Assembly: GCF_964019715.1 (NCBI RefSeq)
Contig: NZ_OZ026463.1
Span: forward strand, 918,220-942,219
From: Spiroplasma endosymbiont of Lonchoptera lutea
Lineage (GTDB): Bacteria; Bacillota_I; Bacilli_A; Mycoplasmatales; Nriv7
Length of the DNA: 24,000 nt
Reading direction: 5' to 3'
A model generated the notes under the pieces. The model was given only the letters and a program-made list of their open reading frames with translations, was not told the origin of the DNA and did not search any database. A program made the position numbers and the translations under genes. Shown here piece by piece: positions 16,494 to 24,000 of this stretch. How positions within the stretch are numbered: position 1 is the first letter of the stretch; each line of letters begins with the position of its first letter.

Positions 16494-18905
16494 TTAGCGC
16501 ACCATAACTTTTAAATCTTTCATTGCTTTTAAAAATAAATCATACTGCTCTTTTAAATCTTCATCAGTAAGTTGTTTTCTTGCATCATTAAAAAATAATC
16601 GTAAAGTTCAAGATTTTTTATCTTGACCAAGTTTATCAACATTTTCATACTCATTAATAAGTTGCAAATCAACTAACCTATTACTAATATTTAACAATGG
16701 CTTAATAATACTATCATAGTTTGTATCTTTATTAACTAAAAGCGACAAATCAAATCAAAAAAACATATTTCTAATAATTGTCTGATATTTAATATCGCCT
16801 TTAAAAAGTTCATTAATTAATGTCATATTTAATGAAATAATAAAATTATCATCTTTAAAATCTAATTCTTGTTGAATTTTTGGATGCACTTTACCAATTA
16901 TCGCAATTTGCTGATTTTTTATTACAACATTAGCTTGTAAATGCGGATGCAAATCATCGTATGTTGAAGGAACATACTGAATATCTTGATCATTAAAGTT
17001 TAATTTCCGCAATATTCCTTGCAATAATCCCTTAGTATTAATGAAATCAACAGTAATTGCTTGTGATAAATAAGGAATATCCATTCATTTACCTTGCAAT
17101 AAAATTGATAATTGTTGATGATGAAATTTTAAATCATCATAAATATCTTCATAACTATAAATTTTAATATCATTAATTTTTCGGAAATTATTATATTGGG
17201 CTATTGTTAACAACGAATTTACTAAATTAGTTCTTAAATACTGATGATTTAACGACATTGGTTGTAATACCTTAACAGGTTTTGTAACATTAAAAAAATT
17301 AAAACGATTTAAATTAATACTTGACTCTAAATTATAAGTTTTTGTTTCAAAAATATTTTGATTTAATAAATAACTAATAATTGTTTCTAAAATATATTTA
17401 CTTCAATTTTTTTCTTTAGTTAATGGTATAAATAATGGCATTATATTAGGAATATTGTTATAACCATATCTACGAGCAATTTCCTCACTAATATCAGCCT
17501 CATTCATAATATCAAGACGATACTTAGGGACAGTAATTACTAAATCATCATTAATACCCGATTCCGAAATTAAAAACCCTAACGGTTTTAAAAATTCAAT
17601 AATATCTTTTTTTGTTAAATCACTAATGCCTAAAATACTTTTCTGAATTTTTAATGATGTTTTTATCGTTACATTTTTTATCGCTAACACTTTATTATTA
17701 ATTATTGGTGATACTTGTTTAATAGCTACAATTGATGTTAATAACTCTAAAAACCTTTGGATAGCAATTTCTAAATTATGCCCATTTGATGGTTTTGACC
17801 ATCGTAATAAATTATTAGCATTAAGTAATGATAAATATCTTTTCTTTTGCTCATACATCTGCTTCTCATTTAAATGTAATGCTAAAACTACAAATTGTTT
17901 AGTTGCATTAATAATTTCATATTTCTTGTTAGTCATAACACCTAACACTTCAATAATATCATCACCAGCAATGACAAAATCTTGTAAAGATATCTCTTGG
18001 TCATTAACTTTCGTTTCTGCCATCGCTTTTTGAATTGATATTTCACTATTAATTTTTGAAAAATCATAACCTACTAATGGTTGTCCGGTTTCTCAAGAAA
18101 CATAATTTAGTAAATCTTGAATTAAATTATTTGGACGAATATTAGCATAACAAAGTCTTGAAAATAATCACTTTGGCGTAACGACACTACTATCAATTAA
18201 CACCGTAACATTTTTCATCGCTTTAACAAGATTATTATCAATTTTAATATCTAATGATAACTTATCATTAACTAAATTTCCTAAATGAGAAAAATCATCA
18301 GTTATTAACGATTTTAAAGGCAATTTAAAGAATGCTGCTATCTCGCGAGCTAATTCATAAGCACTTAAACAGTCACTACGATTATAGGTCAAATTAATAA
18401 CAAAAGCAGTATCATTTTCAAAAATATAACTTAAAGGATTAGTATTACCTAATGGATAATTAACATCCTCAGGAAATAAATAAACCCCAACAGCATCTTG
18501 ATTAGCTAAAACTTCCTTAGGGATTCCTAATTCTTGTAACGAACAAATCATTCCTAATGAAGGCTTATTAGCAATCATTCTTTCTTCAATAATCATGCCA
18601 TTGGCTAAATGAGCACCAATTTTAGCAAAAATAACAAAACGATTTTCTTCAACATTATTAGCACCACAAACAACAGGAATCGGTAACTCTTCATTAATAT
18701 CAACCATACAATACGATAACTTATCAAAATTAGCAAGTTTAACTTTTGATAATACTTTCCCAATAACAATATTAGTATTTAAAGTATCAAAACTAAAAAC
18801 TCTTTCAACTTCAAAACCACTATCATTTAATGCTTGTTCAATATCTTCATTACTAATATTTTTTAAATCAACATATTCATTTAAAAATTTACGGGTAAAA
18901 ATCAT
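16494..18905 (-). CDS. pheT: phenylalanine--tRNA ligase beta subunit, 803 aa
   Basis: N-terminal tRNA-binding and B3/4 motifs (RPNNLIQDLLNYVSWETGQPLVGYDF), and a C-terminal FDX-ACB-like end (SWTLRLFF...). RBS AGGAG. Three track pieces join in frame through TGA=Trp codons. Confidence 0.93.
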
Positions 18906-18923
18906 ATATACGCTCCTATTATT

Positions 18924-19961
18924 CTAAAAATTTCTAAATTGCTTTAAAAAACGATAATCATTCTTATAAAAATGACGAATATCTTCAATACCATATTTTA
19001 ACATTGCAATCCGCTCAATACCAATACCAAAAGCAAAACCTTGTAAAGAAGCAACAAGATTATTTTTAATAAAAACATTCGGACTAATCATTCCAGCACC
19101 TAAAATTTCTAATCACCCTGTATGTTTACAAATACTACATCCAATACCAGCACACTTAGTACAACTTACATCCACCTCAACTGATGGTTCCGTAAAAGGA
19201 AAATAACTGGGGCGCAAGCGCATTTTACTTTCTTCGTTAAATAAGCGTTTAATTAAATAATTTAAAGTTCATTTCAAGTTAGCAAAGGAAATATTTGGTG
19301 CAACTAAAAAACCATCAATTTGCATAAACTGATGACTATGCGTAGCATCATCATCATCACGACGATAAACATTACCAATAGAAACAATAGCTAACGATAA
19401 AGAAGCATCTTTATATTTTTCTAAATAACGAGCCGTAACATTAGTACAATGTGTTCTTAACAAATAATTACTATCTAAATAAAATGAATCTTGCATCTCA
19501 CGAGCTGGATGATTTTTAGCTAAATTTAACCTTTCAAAGTTATATTCATCAGTATCTACTTCCTGTCCTTGCACAATTTCATACCCTAACTGTTCAAAAA
19601 TTTCACTAATCTCACAAATAATTAAATTTAAAGGATGACGATTAGCAATCAAAAAACTATTCACTGGTAAACTAACATCAATTGTTTCTGATTTTAATTC
19701 TAATGCCAAATTTTTTTCCTTTAAAAATTTTTCTTGAGTTTCAAATAAACTAATTATTTCCTTTTTAAAAACATTAATCATCCTTCCTAAAGCAATTCTT
19801 GCTTCATTTTTTAAATTATGCATTGTTCCTAACAAAGTAGCTAATTGCGATTTTTTACCTAAATATTTTATTTTTAAAGTTTGTAAAAGGTCTAAATCTT
19901 GACATTCATTAACTTCCTTTTTTGCTTGCACTAATAATTCCTGTAATTGTTGTTCTGTCAT
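18924..19961 (-). CDS. pheS: phenylalanine--tRNA ligase alpha subunit, 345 aa
   Basis: [20 protein letters not shown] and [15 protein letters not shown] (class II motifs) are present. Track ORF 19269..19961 extends through two TGA=Trp codons to TAG at 18926..18924. Confidence 0.95.
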
Positions 19962-20023
19962 TTACTTCACCCTACTATCATATAATAACTTGTTTAATTA
20001 TAACAAATTCTATGTAAACCCTA

Positions 20024-20066
20024 ATAAAAAAAGAAATTATATTTTAAATATAATTTCTTTTTTTAT
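20024..20066. terminator. bidirectional hairpin terminator between the MFS transporter gene and pheS
   Basis: 12-bp perfect stem AAGAAATTATAT (20031..20042) / ATATAATTTCTT (20048..20059) with a 5-nt loop. An A-run lies upstream and a T-run downstream. Confidence 0.6.
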
Positions 20067-20153
20067 CTTTCTTTTATCACAAGTAAATATTAAATCTAAT
20101 TATTATAATAACTATAAATTCTATTCATTTTCATTATCGTGATACGATTTATT

Positions 20154-21545
20154 TCATACTAATGATAATAATATACAAGCACTTACACCACAAACTATTA
20201 AAAATATAAAGGTTGTATCCCAACGATTGCTTAAACTTTGTAATCCCGAACCAATAACAACTTTAGATATCACAGCATCACCAAAATAACCAAATATCCC
20301 CGTAAAACCAGCAGCTGTCGCTACAACTCTTTTATTTGATAAATCCATCGCTTGCATCCCAATAAACGCAACTGGACCATAAATACAAAAACCAGCAATT
20401 CCCATAAAGAGAACAATTTGTCAAATACTTTGATATTGAGCTTGTCATAAACCAACAATTGATAATGTCGTAATAGCAATTGCTGCTATCATAATCGGTG
20501 TTAATCTTCCTTTAAATAATGTTTTAGCAGTAAATCCCATTAATATCGTTCCTGGAACTGCCATTCATTCAAAAATACTTCATAATCATTTACCTTGATT
20601 TTTAACATCAAAATTATGCTGTTCTTTAAAGAAAGTTAATGTTCAATCAGAAACACCATTTCTTAATACATATATAAATAAATTAGCAAAAGCAATAATT
20701 CACAAATTTTTATTTAATAAAACATATTTTTTAAAATAATAAAATCAAGTTTTTTCAACAAGCTTATTTTTATTACCATTAGCACTAACAAATTTTTTAA
20801 CTTCAATATCTAATTTTTCAGGGTAATACTTTTTATAATGTTCTTCAACTGATAACAAACCTAAACTTTCTGGGCGGTCTTTCATAAATATACAAATTAA
20901 TATTCCCCCAACTAAAGCAATAGCACTAGGCAAAATAAAGTAACCTGCAATACCAATATATTCTTCTAATAATGAATGCGATATTATAATTATTATCGCA
21001 ATTATTGCTGTTCCAAAATTATGCGATGTATTCCAGAAAGTCATCCGCATTTGTTTTTCTTTCGGAATAAACCAATTAGTCATACTTCTAGCGCTAGCCG
21101 GTCATCCCATTCCTTGAAATCAACCAATTAAAGCCATTGAACTCATCATTAATACAATATTAGTAATATTAATACCAACCGTTCATCCCATTACAAAATT
21201 CATTAATGATGACAAAATTAAACCGATTCCTAAGAATCAGCGCGCATTACTACGATCACCAACAGAACCCATTACAAATTTAGAAACTCCATAACTAAGT
21301 CCCATTGCCATACCAACTAATGAATAAATATCTTTCGTCATTAAACCATTATTAATTAAATCACTTCCAGCAACACTTCATTGTCTTCTAATAAAATAAT
21401 ATAATATATATGATATTATTGCTATTCAAAATACTCGCTCTTGATGAGATTTAAAATATTTTTTAATTAAAAAATCTTCAGTTAATTGTTCTTTTGCTTT
21501 TGCTGGTTTCATAAACGCAAACATTTTTGCAAATCAAATTTTCAT
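20154..21545 (-). CDS. MFS transporter, organophosphate:phosphate antiporter type (GlpT/UhpT-like), 463 aa
   Basis: ATG 21545 with RBS AAGGATGG. Motifs include GDRSNARWF, GWFQGMGWPASARSMTNWF and ERxxxxxxWNTSHNFG-like (KQMRMTFWNTSHNFG). There are about 12 TM segments. Track pieces join through many TGA=Trp codons with no TAA or TAG in frame. Confidence 0.8.
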
Positions 21546-21585
21546 ATTTTTTATTACCATCCTTAATAATCTTTATTAATTTTTA

Positions 21586-22665
21586 TTAATTTTTATTTTT
21601 TAATTCTTTTTCTTGAATCATATTAACAACATATTTAGCAATCGCCGGACTTGCACTTAAACCAGGACTAGATATACCAACAACATTAATTCATTTTTCA
21701 GAACCCCATTCAATATGAAAATCATTTTTTGCTTCAATTGACCTTGAACCAGCAAACATACTCGTAATGTTAAAATTTAAATCAGGTTTTATTTTTTTCC
21801 CTGTTGCAATTAATTCCTGAATAGTTTCTGTTTTTAAAACAATTGTATTGTGATTATGATAATCATTATGATTTTCTGCTGTTGGACCAATAATTATTTT
21901 ATTATCAAAGCTTGGAGCAACTAATATCCCCTTTCCTAAACTAGTTGGTGGTAAAAAATATATCACATCAATATTATCTTCATTTTCACAAACTAAATAC
22001 TGACCTTTTCTTAATGACAAACTAAAGTTTTTTGTTTCTTCAATATTAAACTGAGCCCCATGACCAGCACAATTAATAATTAAATCAAAATCAGATGGGA
22101 TAACATCTTTATGACCATCAAAAAATAATTTAGTTGTTAATGCCACAAAACTACAATTTTTAATAATTTTAATGCGATCATTATTTTCTCATTGTTTAAG
22201 CAATAGCGTTACATATTTCTTAACATTTAAAATATAAGAATCAACGCCTAATAAATATTTGCTAACATTTTTATTACTAGATGAATTTGCATTTAATGTT
22301 AACAAATTACTATTAATACCATTAACAATTCCTTGCTTTAAAAGCCGATCTAATATTTTAACATCATCTTCATTAAAACCCAATACTTGTGAAGGAGCAT
22401 ATTTTATAATCTCATTATTAGCTTTTTTATCCGCCAAATATCTTTTTTTTCAAATATTATGACCTTGCATTCCCAAAATTGCTTTTAAAGTTCCTGGTGT
22501 TGCGTCAAAACCCATATGAATAATATTTGAATTTAAAATTGATGTTTCGGAACAAACATCTTGATTTTTTTCAATAATTGTTATTTTATTATTAGATTGT
22601 GCTAATAATTCCTTTGCAAGTTCAAGACCAACAATTCCCGAACCAATAATTAATATTTTTTTCAC
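21586..22665 (-). CDS. FAD-dependent oxidoreductase, glycerol-3-phosphate oxidase (GlpO/GlpD)-like candidate, 359 aa
   Basis: GTG start behind the RBS AAGGAA. Rossmann fold motif KILIIGSGIVGLELAKEL, then EKN...ETS..NS.IIH.GFDA.PGTLKA, as in Mollicutes GlpO. Four track pieces are in one frame joined by TGA=Trp. It lies directly upstream of the GlpT-like transporter. Confidence 0.6.
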
Positions 22666-22899
22666 CTTAACATTCCTTCTTTCCTTACTAACTAATTTAA
22701 TATCTTAAAGCCAACTTTATTTTAATACGCTATAAAGTGAAAAAAACTTTTTTCTTTGAAACATTATTTCATTATTAGTTTATTATTTTAAAATTTTTAT
22801 TTTTTTAATTAAACATTTAATTTATATATCGTGGTAGCAATAACAACCATATGCTATCTTCTTAACCATTTTTATTTAATAAGTTCCTCTCTAAGACAT

Positions 22900-22925
22900 A
22901 AAAAAATGCAACTAAAAAAGTTACA
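22900..22925 (-). terminator. rho-independent terminator after the methyltransferase gene
   Basis: The minus strand reads TGTAACT-TTTTT-AGTTGCA followed by TTTTTTT, starting right after the stop codon. Confidence 0.5.
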
Positions 22926-23672
22926 TTAATTTTGATTCATTATTTCATAAAGACTAATAGTTAAAGCATTAGCAACATTCAAAGATTCTACTCCATTTGA
23001 TGTTGGAATATAAAAATTATCATCAATCAATGGTCATAAATGAGGATTTATTCCTTTACCCTCATTACCAAATAATAATGCTACTTGACTATTAAATTTT
23101 ACATCTCGCAAACGATTATTAGCTTCTTTAAATACTGTACCATAAACTTTAAAACCTTTATCTTTTACACTAGCAATAATAAGTTCCAAATTAGTTTTAA
23201 TAATATTTAAATGAAATATCGCCCCCATTGAAGTCCGAATTACTTTATCATTATAAATATCAACACTATCATTACTAATATATAATGTTTGAACATTAAA
23301 GGCAACACAACTACGAATGATGTTTCCTAAATTAGTCGGATCTTGAATCTTATCTAACATGACAACTAAATTTTTATCAACTTCATAGTTATCTAAAAAA
23401 CTACAAACACCAATAATTGGTTGTGGGTTAACAGTTGTAGATATTTTTTTAATAATTTGCTCATTAACAACAATTATATTACTAAAATCTTCTATTTTAT
23501 TAGCAATATCTTGTGTTGTTAAAATCATTAATAACTTATTTTGTTTCTTAGCCTCTTCAATTAAGTGAAACCCTTCAATAAGAAACTGTTCCTTTTCTTT
23601 ACGATACTTGCTCTCTTTTAACTTGACTAAATCCTTAATTAATGAATTATCTATTGAATTAATTATTTTCAT
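22926..23672 (-). CDS. TrmH/SpoU-family RNA 2'-O-methyltransferase (RlmB/YacO-like), 248 aa
   Basis: SPOUT motifs are DKIQDPTNLGNIIRS, LLFGNEGKGI and VESLNVANALTISLYE. Track ORF 23034..23672 extends through one TGA=Trp to TAA at 22928..22926. Confidence 0.85.
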
Positions 23673-23696
23673 AACAAAAATTCTTTCTAAAATTAA

Positions 23697-23779
23697 TGGT
23701 GCCCAAGATCGGACTCGAACCGATACGGATTAACCGATGGTTTTTGAGACCATTGTGTCTACCATTCCACCACTTGGAC
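23697..23779 (-). tRNA. tRNA-Leu (anticodon CAA), class II with long variable arm, CCA encoded
   Basis: The minus strand reads GTCCAAG-TG-GTGGAATGGTAGACAC-A-ATGGT-CTCAAAA-ACCAT-(variable arm)-ATCGG-TTCGAGT-CCGAT-CTTGGGC-ACCA. It has a 7-bp acceptor stem (one G-U pair), a TTCGAGT T-loop and a CAA anticodon in a 7-nt loop. Confidence 0.9.
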
Positions 23780-23791
23780 CTTATTTTTTTA

Positions 23792-23819
23792 ATTATATAG
23801 TATTTTACTAAAAAATCAA
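23792..23819 (-). promoter_or_regulatory. sigma-70-type promoter for tRNA-Leu (and probably the downstream methyltransferase)
   Basis: On the minus strand: TTGATT (23819..23814), a 16-nt spacer, then TATAAT (23797..23792). The -10 box lies 12 nt upstream of the mature tRNA 5' end. Confidence 0.45.
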
Positions 23820-23872
23820 TATTTTCCCCAAGAAAATCGCCTATTACTTAATAATAACAGGCAACCAATTAA

Positions 23873-24000
23873 CTATTCTCAATTTTCAGTTTTATTATTT
23901 GTTAATACTTCAATTTCAAACGAAGCATAAGAATTTCTTACTTTAATAATTCGGAAAATATAGTTATTATATTGAAATTCTGGACTTTTCTTAGTAATTT
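23873..24000 (-). CDS. C-terminal end of an unidentified protein (gene starts beyond the window)
   Basis: The frame is open from the window edge to TAG at 23875..23873 (...ITKKSPEFQYNNYIFRIIKVRNSYASFEIEVLTNNKTENWE). An imperfect hairpin follows. Confidence 0.4.

Noticed and set aside
19962-20153. Possible T-box leader upstream of pheS
   Set aside because: The intergenic region is only about 190 nt and is largely taken up by the upstream gene's terminator hairpin and a promoter-like TGTTATAAT about 35 nt before the start. I see no specifier-loop architecture and no conserved T-box sequence (AGGGTGGNACCGCG-like).
21561-21600. Short direct repeat TTTTATTAAT x2 between the GlpO-like stop and the transporter start
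   Set aside because: It is low-complexity AT-rich spacer overlapping the stop codon region, and is expected by chance at this base composition.
22259-22462. 67-aa plus-strand ORF
   Set aside because: It is antisense to the GlpO-like gene. It is a shadow ORF.
1-24000. CRISPR arrays, rRNA genes, and recognisable defence or toxin-antitoxin modules
   Set aside because: I saw no regularly spaced short direct repeats with unique spacers. No rRNA-like GC-rich conserved blocks are present. No nuclease, ATPase, methylase or reverse-transcriptase motifs occur outside the transposases. The only tandem repeat (7316..7422) is in frame within a gene.

Overview
This is a very AT-rich segment that is only coherent when TGA is read as Trp (genetic code 4). 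It is therefore Mollicutes DNA, most likely a Spiroplasma chromosome; the taxon is an inference. The supplied standard-code ORF track fragments almost every real gene at TGA, so I re-joined the pieces by hand.

The right part, about 9.3-24 kb, is a conserved core block with every gene on the minus strand. In order of transcription it holds:
- a partial unknown gene
- tRNA-Leu(CAA)
- a TrmH/SpoU-type RNA methyltransferase
- a GlpO-like FAD oxidoreductase
- a GlpT/UhpT-like MFS transporter
- pheS and pheT
- a MATE efflux protein
- the DUF177 gene and rpmF
- a reduced dcw cluster: mraZ, rsmH, ftsA, ftsZ, sepF and a DivIVA-like coiled-coil gene

The left 9.3 kb is an accessory region saturated with mobile DNA:
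- Two 1061-bp IS30-family copies that differ by one synonymous base.
- An intact IS3-family element with a 3-bp target duplication.
- An ISLre2/UPF0236-like transposon whose transposase gene has been hit by both the IS3 and one IS30 copy (nested insertions).
- Four copies of that transposon's roughly 26-31-bp terminal-repeat motif.
- A hypothetical-gene plus deoxynucleoside-kinase operon.
- A phage-like cassette of tightly packed small membrane-protein genes next to a hairpin-rich intergenic region.
- An ankyrin-repeat gene split from its N-terminal ORF at an A8 homopolymer, with internal 45-bp tandem repeats.

I found no CRISPR array, no rRNA gene and no recognisable defence or toxin system. 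The most unusual item is the frameshift-dependent ankyrin-repeat gene bracketed by IS30 copies. All family assignments rest on motif recognition and synteny, not on database searches.
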